This document shows positions 47,102 through 59,398 of a stretch of DNA of 64,000 bases, one piece after another. This DNA is from Mayamaea pseudoterrestris (Eukaryota), in contig BROI01000004.1 in NCBI GenBank assembly GCA_027923505.1, positions 186,001-250,000 of the forward strand, read 5' to 3'. A model generated the notes under the pieces. That model had not been told where the DNA came from. It saw only the letters and a list, made by a program, of their open reading frames with translations, and did no database searches. How positions within the stretch are numbered: position 1 is the stretch's first letter; each line of letters starts with the position of its first letter. A program made the translations under genes and the position numbers.

Positions 47102-50100
47102 CTAATAGTTCGATTCCTTGAAGAGCAGGTTCTTTAAGTGCTTGCTTGCCGTAGCCCGTGGAAGAAACTTGGTAAGTACATCCGCCGGGTTTGTCGTTCC
47201 CATGATGTGGTTGAAATTAATAATTCCCGCCGCAATCGCTTCGCGTACACGGTGAAATGCCAGTGCATTGTGTCGCTTCGTCAGGCTAGAGTGCGGTAGG
47301 TTGCTGCTTTGCGTTACCGACTTGTTGTCTCCAAACATCCATGAAGGTCCGTCGAGCGGAACTCCCAACATGCGTAGCGTGAAGCGAAGATCCATGATCT
47401 GCTCCGTGCTCACTCTCGCTGCTACAAACTCCGAGCCGTACGTCGCCGTCTCGACCGTCGCTTGGCGTTTCGAAAACCAATCGACGACTGTTCCATTCAA
47501 CATGTGTAGCATGCCCATCGCTGCCCGTCCCGTCGTGTAATCGTGGTACAGGTTCGCATCTTCGAACGTTGACATTCGCACCGCCTTGCCGCGCGGCGTG
47601 GGCATGTTCCACGGAAGCTCTTCGCAGATCTTGCCGTACACACTGTAATCCCAATCCATCTTGTCAACTGTCGCGTATCGCTCGTCCGTTGGAATCGAAA
47701 CGTTGAATCGAATCGCTCCATCCGGGTATCGTCGTAAGTATCCGCAAATATGCTTCAACCGTTCCAAGTGCCCCGCTCGTGGCGCAGCTCGGAATCTCCC
47801 CATAGTCATGACAGCACAGTGAATGTCGAATCGACATAAACTTACTGCCCATTGCAACGCACCAATGATCGATTGATACTTCGCAATTCCGTCGTCGTCA
47901 AGTTCTTTCGTTTCGTCGAGTTCCGGATGATCGCCGTCGCGTAGTGGACTTGTCTGCGGTCGCGGTTCCTCGCCGAACATTTCTTTGTAGTTCGCTAGTA
48001 GTCTTGTGACGTACTTCTTCGCTCCGAAGCAGAGTACGCCATCGTCGTCTCGCCAAACGTCTGCGCCCAAATGGTATGCCAATGGACCGACGCCCTTCAA
48101 CTTGTAGTTGTAGTTCTCAATTAAAAGATCCGTTAGTTCCTTCGGATTCTTCATCGCTATCGCTAAATCGTCGACATACACACAAACGTATTCGTAGTGC
48201 GTGCCTTTATCGCGCATCCACACGTCCGGTTCTGCGATACACGGCGTGAAGCCAATGTCGCGGAGCGTGTCTGCAAAGTGCTCGTGCCAGCGTGCGCCTG
48301 ACGTGCGAAGACCGTATAATGCCTTCACGATCGTGAGCGTGTGACCCTCGAGCTCCCCGAACTCCGGACCTGCCACGATATAAACCTTCTCTTTCGTTTT
48401 CGCTTCCAAGTATGCGTTGCCGACGTCAGCTGCCCACAGTTCCAGACCGTTGAGTTCCGCTAACATCGCTACCATTCGTAGACTTCGCAATGACACAACG
48501 CCCGAGTAAACTGAATCCTTCGGCGGCTCTGTCATATGTCCTCCTGCGACGAGTCGTGCTTTCCGTCGCAAATCGTGCTTGACATCGAATATCATGTGCA
48601 CGTTTATTCGTTTCCATGGCGCCGGCATAACCTTACCGACTCCTTGATCTGCGAACGTGTCGTAATCATTTATCTGATTTAATTCCGTTCGAATCGCATC
48701 CGTCCACAGCGTGTTGCCGTTGATCTCGTCGAGAGCTTTCGCATCTTTATAATTGCGCGGCAGCCTTACGCCGAATTTGTAGCGTACGCCGTTTGCTTTC
48801 GATTTTCGTTTCGCTGCTGTCACCATCTGTCGAAACTTCTTTCGCTTCCGAGTGTAATGCTCCAGCTGCTTCCATCCTGGCTTGTCGAGTAAGCCGTGCT
48901 TGAGTCCATACTCTGCGATCGTTATCGGATCGTCCTTCTTCATGATCGCGAGAGGCTCCCACGTCGTCGTTCCGTCAGTCCATTCGACGAGAACGTTACT
49001 TGAACTTCCTTTGTATGTCGGATCGTTCGGTTTCAAATTAAGCTCGTGTCCGATTACCTTCGTGAATACCCACTGAGTCGCCGGATCGTTTCGTATATCT
49101 TCGTCCATCTGTCGTTCGATTAAATCCGACAGTTCGTTGTAACTTATTAAGTCTTTCGCTGGCTCCTCTCCCATCTGGATCAGGAAACCTTTCGTCGTTT
49201 CGAGTAGCTCGTTATCGCGTACTTCGATATATTCGCATACAGTCGCTCGCATTTTCTGACCGTTTTCGTGTTCCCTTACGAACGTGCGTCCGATGAGTTC
49301 GCTTGGAGAGAACAGAGGGCATTTATTCCCTGATTCTTGCTCAGCCCTTCTGAAGAACTTCGCTGGTACGTTGGCGTGGTTCGCCATCGGAATCGTTTCG
49401 TCGTCGTTTCCTTCGTAGTTGTCGTGACTACTTTCTGTCGCATTCGTGCTATGGTAGCGTCCTGTCGCGAGATCTGGAGTTTCAAAATTTCGCTCGCTTG
49501 CGCGTGTAGCTTCTTCAGAAATCTCCCCCCCAGACTCAGGGAAGGAAGGCAACTCTCGTGGTAACAAGTAGCTGCGCGAGACCACGTTGGAGCGCGGAAT
49601 CGCCTGAAGCGTGTCGTCCGTCAGAACGAGAAAAGTCATGTGCGGACCGCTATTCTCTGCGATGCCCACGAATCGGCCGTTGCCAGATCGTACCGCCGAG
49701 GGAAAACTCCCCTGCGCCTCAAACGTGACCGGTTCCCACCACTTGAAATGTAACAAAGGCGAAATATCCGGCAGATTTCCGAACGCAACTTCCGTTGGCG
49801 TGCGCCATCCCAGCGATTTTGTCGCGAGGACGTTCAGAATCATGATTACGAATTTAATCAGCAAAACCCAGCAATGCCCTGGCGAACCCGAATCTCGTTG
49901 GAGGTTCTCCATCATTGGCTTAATGTGCGACGTGTGACGTTCGCATGGATTTTGTTCTGGATGACCCGGTTCTGTGGTCACTTGAGGAATATTGTACATC
50001 CGACAGAGATCCCTCACAGCCTTGCCAGTCTCCGACTTGGCATTGTCGCTGAGCAGTCCGTTAGGAGCGCCCACTTCGCGGATAAAATCCTCTAACGCGT

Positions 50101-52894
50101 TTGACATTTCGCTCTCCGACTTCATCGGGTAGCCGCGCGTGTAAAAACTTTCTCGTCCAACAAAGAGCTGCATCTTAGTAGCTCCCCCATGCCCTAGAAT
50201 TCCATCATCCAAAGCTGGCGTGTCAGAGTGTATCGTGTCCGTGGCGAATAGTTCGCGCAACCGCTGAACGTTCGCGGCCGGAAATCGTGATTTCGTGAGG
50301 TGTCGAAATGGTAATCGCGGGTGTGCGCTGAGATGATACCATGCTTCCGTGTGACGTAAAGTCTGTTGAACGCGCTCAGTCGGGACCCATCCGAGGTACG
50401 GCCGAAGAGCATTATAGTCCGGTTCCTTGCTTCTTAGCTTCCGCAAATTAACGCGTGAAAACTGAGCGTGTCGCACGCACCGATTGATCAGTACGTCAAG
50501 TTCGTCGCCAGTGCGTGTCGGCGTGTGACGATTGCGGTGCGTGATACCGTCATCGTCGAATCGTTCGTCAAAAGATCCATAATCGTGATCTCGTTCGTCG
50601 AAATCGTCGTGCGCGTGCTCGACATCGTAAACAGTCGGGTCCCACGGCACGTCCGACGTCATGATGACAGTCGGATACTTATCCAAATCATCGAACGTGG
50701 GTTTCGTCACGTCCAAGTACACCAAGCCATCGCGAATTGCCAATGGCAAAACGTAGCCTCCAATGTTCGTCGTAATTCGTTGCGTTCCGCCAAACATGGT
50801 CGGAATATCGTCGACGCGATGTCCCATTGCGCGCAATTGATTCGGGCAATGAATCGTCGGTCCGTCTCGCTTTAAAGCATACTGGTGACACAGAAGCAGA
50901 ATGGTTTCGCCACTAAGGGTCTTTGCCAGTCCAGCTGCAGTGCCAATCTTGAGAGCTGGGACAATATGATCGTCAATACCAGTCACATCCACCTCGGCGT
51001 TCGTTTCCGAAACGACGAGCATGTCTCCTCCGCATAAGCCTCCGTTCGCGCCGCTGTCGATGAGCGCGCCTTCGTTGATCCGCTCGTAGTGTGCGCGATT
51101 GACGCGCATACGACGATGCATGTTGAAGCTGAATGTACCTCGTCCGGTGTTATCAGTCGTCAACGATCCTGTCACTTGCTGAGTTGTAGTACTCGCATTG
51201 TTCGCTTGCAGAACCGATCGTGCAGCCGTTTGGACTGACATTCCACTATTGCCGGGCTGAATATTAATCGTGCCAGGAACGCTTGCGTGATCGTTCGCTA
51301 CAGATTCCGTCGCGTGACGCTCTTGATGCGCCGCGTTGACTTGCGTCTGCGTCGTAGCCGTGCCTCGTTGGTTGCGCGGTCGCCATCCGTTTTCGGGTGT
51401 CTTGGGCGCCGTCGCACGCTTGTCCTTCAACTGCTTTCGCTGATCAAACTTCATCTCCAACCAGACTTCATCCTTCACGCTCGCGTGAGGTTTCTTCATG
51501 ATCGCTGCAAATCGTTCCGCCGATAAGCCGCTTGGAGTCGCGCCGCCATTGCCGCCGCCGCCTCCTTTCGTTCCACTAGACTGCGCTTGATTGATTGTGC
51601 GCTTAGTCTTCGTCGTCGATGGGTGTTTCTTGTCATACTTGATGCAGCACTCTTCTAAGTGCGCGTACAACTGCGCGAAATTGTCTTCCGAGTCGTGTTG
51701 CCCCATGTGTTTCTTGATGGCAATCATTCCGTCAAAACCTGCTAGCGATGCGCTGAATCCAGTGTGCTCGGAGAAAGCGTCGCGTAGCATGTCGTATCGT
51801 TGTAAACCTGTCAGAGCTTCTGCGTCCATTTCGAGCAGCCAGATGACTTTCTTGTAGAACAGTGCGAGAAATTCGATCGTCGGCCGTGACCACTTCTCGG
51901 TCAGCCGCATTCCCTGCAGTTCCGTTCGCGCGCGTTCCTTCTCGATGTGAGCAGTAGCGCCTTCTTCGTATCGCGTTCGCAATCGTTGGTAGACTTCGCG
52001 TCCGTCCATCGTCTTCTTGAACTGCTGTACTGCGAGTGATGCAGACGGAGTTCGACAGTGCGTGAGAAAGATCCTGTATACAAACACATTCTTCTTTGCA
52101 TACGCCTTCTGTTCTTTCGGTCCCTTTTCCTTCGGGTCATAATCGTCGTCAAAGACTTCGTGGAAGTCGTGCAATGTAGCGATGACTTTCAACTCGGAAA
52201 TCCACTGTTTCCACGAGGAATCCAGCTTCATTTCTTTACAATCCTTCGCCGAGAACTTGATAGACTTCGTAAATTGGTCTGAATACTTCTCGTCGTCTTC
52301 GTCGTCGCCGAGGTCCAATACGGATGTCGGTGACTGCTTCGTGTCCACGTCCACGCTCGTCGGTGGCACCTTGTCGGCCGAGTCAGGTTTCGACTCGTCG
52401 CCTTCGTTCGTTAGCGTGGAGTCCTTGGATTCGTCCTTTTTGGATTCCGTTTCGCTTTCTTTCGCTGGAGGTTTCGCTCCGCTTCCGCTGCCCACGCTCG
52501 CGATGTTGCGCGCTTGGACTCGTTCCTTCGCTCGTGCTGTGACGAACGTCGCCAGCGTCTCGGTGGTCAGTTGCGACCATGTCTTGATGTCCGGCGACTC
52601 TTGCGCCAAATACCATTCGATCGCGTTCGTGATCGTGCGTTGTTTCATCTTCGTTAGCGAGTGTTCGCTCGTTTCCTGCGTGACATTGTCGCCATCGTCA
52701 GTCGTCGTCGTTGTCGTCGTCGTGACGTTCCACTTCGTCGCGAAATCGTCGTACTCCATCTCGATCAGTTGCGTAAGCGATTCTACTCCGAGTTCGTCGA
52801 ATAACTCCTTGAACTGAGGATCTTGGAAAACGCCTACGTTCTCTTCGTAAACATGCGCAAACGCCGCGTCTTTCTGCGCGCGAGTTTCCGCCAT
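47102..52894 (-). CDS. Gag-Pol polyprotein, copy 2, intact (~1930 aa from MAETRAQK)
   Basis: Uninterrupted ORF with PR, IN, chromo-like, RT and RNase H motifs, followed by PPT and LTR. Confidence 0.97.
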   Translation of the reverse strand: MAETRAQKDAAFAHVYEENVGVFQDPQFKELFDELGVESLTQLIEMEYDDFATKWNVTTTTTTTTDDGDNVTQETSEHSLTKMKQRTITNAIEWYLAQESPDIKTWSQLTTETLATFVTARAKERVQARNIASVGSGSGAKPPAKESETESKKDESKDSTLTNEGDESKPDSADKVPPTSVDVDTKQSPTSVLDLGDDEDDEKYSDQFTKSIKFSAKDCKEMKLDSSWKQWISELKVIATLHDFHEVFDDDYDPKEKGPKEQKAYAKKNVFVYRIFLTHCRTPSASLAVQQFKKTMDGREVYQRLRTRYEEGATAHIEKERARTELQGMRLTEKWSRPTIEFLALFYKKVIWLLEMDAEALTGLQRYDMLRDAFSEHTGFSASLAGFDGMIAIKKHMGQHDSEDNFAQLYAHLEECCIKYDKKHPSTTKTKRTINQAQSSGTKGGGGGNGGATPSGLSAERFAAIMKKPHASVKDEVWLEMKFDQRKQLKDKRATAPKTPENGWRPRNQRGTATTQTQVNAAHQERHATESVANDHASVPGTINIQPGNSGMSVQTAARSVLQANNASTTTQQVTGSLTTDNTGRGTFSFNMHRRMRVNRAHYERINEGALIDSGANGGLCGGDMLVVSETNAEVDVTGIDDHIVPALKIGTAAGLAKTLSGETILLLCHQYALKRDGPTIHCPNQLRAMGHRVDDIPTMFGGTQRITTNIGGYVLPLAIRDGLVYLDVTKPTFDDLDKYPTVIMTSDVPWDPTVYDVEHAHDDFDERDHDYGSFDERFDDDGITHRNRHTPTRTGDELDVLINRCVRHAQFSRVNLRKLRSKEPDYNALRPYLGWVPTERVQQTLRHTEAWYHLSAHPRLPFRHLTKSRFPAANVQRLRELFATDTIHSDTPALDDGILGHGGATKMQLFVGRESFYTRGYPMKSESEMSNALEDFIREVGAPNGLLSDNAKSETGKAVRDLCRMYNIPQVTTEPGHPEQNPCERHTSHIKPMMENLQRDSGSPGHCWVLLIKFVIMILNVLATKSLGWRTPTEVAFGNLPDISPLLHFKWWEPVTFEAQGSFPSAVRSGNGRFVGIAENSGPHMTFLVLTDDTLQAIPRSNVVSRSYLLPRELPSFPESGGEISEEATRASERNFETPDLATGRYHSTNATESSHDNYEGNDDETIPMANHANVPAKFFRRAEQESGNKCPLFSPSELIGRTFVREHENGQKMRATVCEYIEVRDNELLETTKGFLIQMGEEPAKDLISYNELSDLIERQMDEDIRNDPATQWVFTKVIGHELNLKPNDPTYKGSSSNVLVEWTDGTTTWEPLAIMKKDDPITIAEYGLKHGLLDKPGWKQLEHYTRKRKKFRQMVTAAKRKSKANGVRYKFGVRLPRNYKDAKALDEINGNTLWTDAIRTELNQINDYDTFADQGVGKVMPAPWKRINVHMIFDVKHDLRRKARLVAGGHMTEPPKDSVYSGVVSLRSLRMVAMLAELNGLELWAADVGNAYLEAKTKEKVYIVAGPEFGELEGHTLTIVKALYGLRTSGARWHEHFADTLRDIGFTPCIAEPDVWMRDKGTHYEYVCVYVDDLAIAMKNPKELTDLLIENYNYKLKGVGPLAYHLGADVWRDDDGVLCFGAKKYVTRLLANYKEMFGEEPRPQTSPLRDGDHPELDETKELDDDGIAKYQSIIGALQWAVSLCRFDIHCAVMTMGRFRAAPRAGHLERLKHICGYLRRYPDGAIRFNVSIPTDERYATVDKMDWDYSVYGKICEELPWNMPTPRGKAVRMSTFEDANLYHDYTTGRAAMGMLHMLNGTVVDWFSKRQATVETATYGSEFVAARVSTEQIMDLRFTLRMLGVPLDGPSWMFGDNKSVTQSSNLPHSSLTKRHNALAFHRVREAIAAGIINFNHIMGTTNPADVLTKFLPRATASKHLKNLLFKESNY

Positions 52895-53182
52895 CGTTGT
52901 CGTCGTGACAATGTTCTTGCTATCACCTGCGGAACTTTCCGGGCCAAGAACCAACGTGCGTCCAACTTTTAAAATAAATTCTCTGGTAAAGTCTTGCGAG
53001 GCAATGAGTCTCAAGACAGTGTTAATCTTGTAACTTGTAAATCAAATCGTTGCACCTTTCGCTTGTAGCTGTCCTTGGATGGCCAACCGGGCTTGCAGTT
53101 GCCACAAAACGAGAGACGAATAAATCGCTTTCTTAACTCTTCAGCTTAGTGCATGGACAGTCGCTGGTCGCTGACAGCAGGC

Positions 53183-55313
53183 TGGTTGTCACTTGAGGAA
53201 AAGATTGAAATGCAAACCAGGGCTGCCTGATTGACCGTTTCATGAATTCAACAATATGGCTGGACTCAGCACACAATGGCGCATCTAACCATGCAAGCCA
53301 GGTGCCGTGGAGGCCCCTCTGTAGGTCACTTTCAATGGCATGACAGTCTGGCGCATGACAGCAGGGGTTGTCACTTGAGGAAAAGATTGAAATGCAAACC
53401 AGGGCTGCCTGATCAACCGTTTCATGAAATCAACAATATGGCTGGACTCAGCACACAGCAAGACAGATGCCGTGGAGGCCCTCTGTGGGTCACTTTCAAT
53501 GGCATGATAGTCTGGTGCATGACAGCAGGGGTTGTCACTTGAGGAAAAGATTGAAATACAAACCAGGGCTGCCTGATTGACCGTTTCATGAATTCAACAA
53601 TATGGCTGGACTCAGCACACAATGGCGCATCTAACCATGCAAGACAGGTGCCGTGGAGGCCCCTCTGTGGGTCACTTTCAATGGCATGACAGTCTGGCGC
53701 ATGACAGCGGGGGTTGTCACTTGAGGAAAAGATTGAAATGCAAACCAGGGCTGCCTGATTGACCGTTTCATGAATTCAACAATATGGCTGGACTCAGCAC
53801 ACAATGGCGCATCTAACCATGCAAGACAGGTGCCGTGGAGGCCCTCTGTGGGTCACTTTCAATGGCATGACAGTCTGGCGCATGACAGCGGGGGTTGTCA
53901 CTTGAGGAAAAGATTGAAATGCAAACCAGGGCTGCCTGACTGACTGTTTCATGAATTCAACAATATGGCTGGACTCAGCACACAATGGCGCATCTAAACA
54001 AGCAACACAGGTGCCGTGTAACCCCTCTATGGGTCACTTTCAATGGCATGACAGTCTGGCGCATGACAGCGGGGGTTGTCACTTGAGGAAAAGATTGAAA
54101 TGCAAACCAGGGCTGCCTGATTGACCGTTTCATGAATTCAACAATATGGCTGGACTCAGCACACAATGGCGCATCTAACCATGCAAGACAGGTGCCGTGG
54201 AGGCCCCTCTGTGGGTCACTTTTAATGGCATGACAGTCTGGCGCATGACAGCGGGGGTTGTCACTTGAGGAAAAGATTGAAATGCAAACCAGGGCTGCCT
54301 GATTGACCGTTTCATGAATTCAACAATATGGCTGGACTCAGCACACAATGGCGCATCTAACCATGCAAGACAGGTGCCGTGGAGGCCCCTCTGTGGGTCA
54401 CTTTTGATGGCATGACAGGCTGGCGCATGACAGCGGGGGTTGTCACTTGAGGAAAAGATTGAAATGCAAGCCAGGGCTGCCTGACTGACTGTTTCATGAA
54501 TTCAACAATATGGCTGGACTCAGCACACAATGGCGCATCTAAACAAGCAACACAGGTGCCGTGTAACCCCTCTATGGGTCACTTTCAATGGCATGACAGT
54601 CTGGCGCATGACAGCGGGTGTTGTCACTTGAGGAAAAGATTGAAATGCAAACCAGGGCTGCCTGATTGACCGTTTCATGAATTCAACAATATGGCTGGAC
54701 TCAGCACACAATGGCGCATCTAACCATGCAAGACAGGTGCCGTGGAGGCCCTCTGTGGGTCACTTTCAATGGCATGACAGTCTGGCGCATGACAGCGGGG
54801 GTTGTCACTTGAGGAAAAGATTGAAATGCAAACCAGGGCTGCCTGATTGACCGTTTCATGAAATCAACAATATGGCTGGACTCAGCACACAATGGCGCAT
54901 CTAACCATGCAAGACAGGTGCCGTGGAGGCCCTCTGTGGGTCACTTTCAATGGCATGACAGTCTGGCGCATGACAGCGGGTGTTGTCACTTGAGGAAAAG
55001 ATTGAAATGCAAACCAGGGCTGCCTGATTGACCGTTTCATGAATTCAACAATATGGCTGGACTCAGCACACAATGGCGCATCTAACCATGCAAGACAGGT
55101 GCCGTGGAGGCCCTCTGTGGGTCACTTTCAATGGCATGACAGTCTGGCGCATGACAGCGGGGGTTGTCACTTGAGGAAAAGATTGAAATGCAAACTAGGG
55201 CTGCCTGATTGACAGCTTCATGAATTCAACAATATGGCTGGACTCAACACACAATGACGCATCTAACCATGCAAGACAGGTGCCGTGGAGGCCCTCTGTG
55301 GGTCACTTTCAAT
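53183..55313. repeat. Satellite E, 181-182-bp unit, ~12 copies
   Basis: ggttgtcacttgaggaaaagattgaaatgcaaaccaggg recurs. ORF offsets of 181 bp. Confidence 0.96.
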
Positions 55314-56910
55314 GGGAGGGCAATTCAGACATCCACACAGGAACCAGCTCCATGGTGCTACAGTGCATAACATTCAAACTTACCCCAATTGTAGTGTTGC
55401 TCCATCAATCCTGTTTAGCTATGCTTAGGGACATGCTTGCGGAGAGATTGGTGCATAAAAATCATCCGTAGCTGATATCTAGCAGCTATGGTGTGGGAGG
55501 GCAATTCAGACATCCACACAGGAACCAGCTCCATGCTGCTACAGTGCATGGCCTTCCAGACCTACCCCCAATTGTAGTCTAGTTCCATCAATCCCGTTTG
55601 TCTATGCTTGAGGACAATCTTGTGGTGAGATTGGTGCATAAAAATCATCCATAGCTAATCCCTGGCAGCTATGGTATGGGAGGGCAGATCAGATATTTAC
55701 ACAGGAACCAGCTCCACAATGCTTCAGTGCATAGACTTCCAAATCTACACCAATTGTAGTCTTGCTCCATCAATCCTGATTGGCTATGCTTGGGGACATG
55801 CTTGCGGTGAGATTGGTGCAAAAAAATCATCCATAGCTGATTCCTAGCAGCTACGGTATGGGAGGGCAGTTCAGACATCCACACAGGAACCAGCTCCATT
55901 ATGCTACAGTGCATGGCCTTCCAAACCTACCCCCAATTGTAGTCTAGTTCCATCAATCCCGTTTGTCTATGCTTGAGGACAATCTTGTGGTGAGATTGGT
56001 GCATAAAAATCATCCCAAGCTGATTCCTAGCAGCTACAGTATGGGAGGGCATTTTAGACATTTACACAGAAGCCAGTCCATGGTGCTACAGTGCATGGAA
56101 TTCAAACCTTACCCAAGGGAGATTGACCTTACCCCAATTTTAGTCTTGCTCCATCAATCCAGTTTGGCTATACTTGAAGACGTGCTTGCGGTGAGATTGG
56201 TGCATTAAAATATCCAAAGCTGATTGTCTTAGGAAAGCTTTGAAATGCGAACGGGTTCAGTTCAGACATCCACAGGCAGGAACCAGCTAGACGGGGGCAT
56301 TCAATGCTACAGTGCATGGCACTCAAACCTTGACTCGCCAATGGTGAGTCTTGCTCCTCAATCCGAGTTTGGGAGATTGAATGCACTGACTTGAAGATGG
56401 CATTAACCATGCTAGACAGGTGCCGTGGAGGCCCTCTGTGGGTACTTTCAATGGCATGAAGTCTGGCGCATGAGGTGTTGTGAAAGTTGAAATCAAAAGG
56501 GCTCCTGATTGATTTCATGAATTCAAAATGGCGCAGCAACAATGGGACTACTGAAGAAGGTTGGAGGCCTCTGTGGCTATGGGAGGGCAATTCAGACATC
56601 CACACAGGAACCAGCTCCATGGTGCTAATGTGCGTGGCCTGCCAAATCTACCCCCAATTGTAGTCTTGCTCCATCAATCCTGTTTGGCTATGCTTGTGGA
56701 CATGCTTGTGGTGTGGGAAGGCAGTTCAGACATCCACATAGATACCAGCTCCATGGTGCTACAGTGCATGGCCTTCCAAATCTACCCCCAATTGTAGTCC
56801 TGCTCCATCAATCCTGTCTGGCTATTCTTGGGGACATGCTTGCGGTGAGTTTGGTGCATAAAAATCATCCATAGCTGATCCCTAGCAGGTATGGTATGGA
56901 AGGGCAATTC
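55314..56910. repeat. Satellite F, ~182-bp unit, with an E/F mosaic at ~56220-56580
   Basis: gggagggca-(attc)agacat motif at 55314, 55495, 55678, 55860 and ~56043. Confidence 0.9.
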
Positions 56911-56911
56911 T

Positions 56912-57332
56912 CATGGCAGCCACCGACTGTGGACAAGCCTTGGGCCAGGAAGTTCTGGTGATCCTACACACCAAACTTGGAGACTAGATGGGCTAGTGAT
57001 GAATGGATTACACTTCTACATCATGAAACAATGCCTATTAACTGCCAGCTATTAATGTATACCCCTCTGGCCGTTGGAGTGGGTCGTGGCAGCAATGGAC
57101 TGTGAACAAGCCTGGGGCCACGAGATTCTGGTGGTCCTTCTCACAGAACTTGGAGACTAGATGGACTAGTGATAAATGCATTGCACTTTCTACATCATGA
57201 AACAATGCCTGTCAACTGCCAGATTTGAATGTATACCTCTCTTGCCATTGGAGTGGGTAATGGCAGCAATGGACTGTGAACAAGCCTGGGGCCACGAGAT
57301 TCTGGCGGTCCTTCTCACAGAACTTGGAGACT
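56912..57332. repeat. Satellite G, ~173-bp unit, ~2.4 copies
   Basis: tggcagc...gactgtg.acaagcct...aacttggagact at ~56913, 57087 and 57260. Confidence 0.8.
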
Positions 57333-57377
57333 GGATTATCAAACATGCTTGTTAACTTTTCTGTAGTGCATCTGAGT

Positions 57378-57826
57378 TAAGGATGTTAGCACCATTCTGG
57401 CTTGATTTTTGCATGTACATGGCTCGAGGCATGGGCATTTGAAGGACATGGCAGCTGCTGGCTGAGAATGGTGACAAGCTGTCACCAATCACATTGCAGG
57501 CCACGGAGACACCAGTTAGTCATCTTATCATGTAGCGCAGCTGAAATAAGGATGTTAGCACCATTCTGGCTTGATTTGGGCATGCACATGGCTCAAGGCA
57601 TGGGCATTGGAAGGCATGGCAGCTGCAGGCTGCGACTGGTGACAAGTTGTCACCAATCACATTGCAGTCAACCAAAGGACCAGCCAGGCAATCCATCTTG
57701 TAGCGCACCTGTAATACGGATGTTAGCACCATTCTGGCTTGCTTTGGGCATGCACATGGCTCAAGGCATGGGCATTTGAAAGACATGGCAGCTGCAGGCT
57801 AAGACTGATGACAAGTTATCACCAAT
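57378..57826 (+). repeat. Diverged satellite B variant (168-169 bp); further B fragment at ~58946-59040
   Basis: ggatgttagcaccattctgg at 57381, 57550 and 57718. Retains tggtgacaag(c/t)tgtcacca. Confidence 0.85.
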
Positions 57827-57828
57827 AT

Positions 57829-58945
57829 TGACCATAACCACAAGTTAACATGAACCCATCAACCTCTACCGCAAGTTAGCAATGATCCTTGGATTGGATT
57901 GGATTGTCCATAACTAAAAAATAGGGTGGACTGATTGCTTGGATCAGTCATAACTGCAAAGAATGTAGACACATGGGATGCAAATCGTTACATGGACCCA
58001 TGGGGTGCACTAACCATAATGGCAAGTTAACATGATCTCCTTGGATGGATCAATCTCTACCGCAGGTTAGCAATGATCCTTGGATTGGATTGTCCCTACA
58101 ACAAAATAGGGTGGACTCATGGCTTGGATTGACCTTAACCACAAAATAAGTTGAACCCATTGCTTGGATCAATCATAACAGCAAAGATTGTAGACACATG
58201 GGATGCAGATCATTAACATGGACCCATGGGGTGCACTGACCATAACGGCAAGTTAACATGAACTCCTTGGATGGATCAATCTCTACCGCAGGTTAGCGAT
58301 GATCCTTGGATTGGATTGTCCCTAAAAACAAATTTGGGGTGGACTCATGGCTTGGATTGACCTTAACCACAAAATAAGTTGAACCCATTGCTTGGATCAA
58401 TCATAACTGCAAAGAATGTAGACTCATGGGATGCAGATCGTTAACATGGACCCATGGGGTGCACTGACATAACAGCAAGTTAACATGAACTCCTTGGATG
58501 GATCAATCTCTACTGCAGGTTAGTGATGGTCCTTGGATTGGATTGTCCCTGACCACAAAATAGGGTGGACTCATTGCTTGGATTGACCTTAACCACATAA
58601 TAAGTTGAACCCATTGCTTTGATCTGCAAAGAATGTAGACACATGGAATGCAAATTGTTAACATGGACCCATGGGGTGCACTGACCATAACCGCAAGTTA
58701 ACATGAACCCATCAACCTCTACCGCAAGTTGTGATGATCCTTGGATTGGATTGTCCCTAACCACAAAATAGGGTGGACTCATTGCTTGGATTGACCTTAA
58801 CCACAAAATAAGTTGAACCCATTGCTTTGATCTGCAAAGAATGTAGACACATGGGATGCAATTTGTTAACATGGACCCATGGGGTGCACTGACCATAACC
58901 ACAAATTAGCGATGATCCTTGGATTGGACTGTCCCTAAAAACAAA
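57829..58945. repeat. Satellite H, variable ~180-230-bp unit, ~5 copies
   Basis: catggacccatggggtgcactgaccataac and gatccttggattggattgtccc recur. Confidence 0.88.
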
Positions 58946-59398
58946 CACCAGCCAGGCATACCATCTTGTAGCGCAGCCTGAATTATGATGTTGGCACCAT
59001 GCTTTGGTAATTTGGGTGTATGCATGGCTTCAATGCATGGCCATTTCTTGTGCCTTTGCATGTTTTTAAGTCCCTTCTGCATGCTTGGTAACAGTGAGAG
59101 GCACTCATTCAGGAAATAAGGAATGGGTCTGTATCTAATATTTCTACTAGACTTGGACAGTGGCAGATTCATAAAGTTTAATACCATATGGAGTAGTACC
59201 ATAGCTTGTGGTAAAGGAAGAAAAGGCCTTTAGGTTCTGAGCTAAACATCAGCGCGGCACCATTCGATCTTTTCATCCTCGCTGAATCTCGTCTTCTGCA
59301 CCTTCATTTCCATCGTCGGATTTGCATTCCGTCGTTGAAGCCTGCTGCTACTGCTGTTGCCTTTTCCCTGAATCGAAATACAGTTTCTAAACACTACC

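Larger units (their letters stand above)
40502..53150 (-). mobile_element. Head-to-tail tandem of two young Ty1/copia (CoDi-like) elements sharing a central composite LTR
   Basis: LTR remnant 40502-~40645, ORF, LTR 46538-47084, PPT 47085-47092, ORF, partial LTR 53028-53150. Confidence 0.95.

Noticed and set aside
46552..47137. 180-aa ORFs on both strands of the LTR (also 17692-18043)
   Set aside because: They lie wholly in the LTR and are lengthened only because the 234-bp duplication is a multiple of 3. No domain is recognisable.
56220..56580. Hybrid E/F satellite monomers
   Set aside because: Fine interleaving of two families with many indels is most simply a mixed-read consensus artefact.
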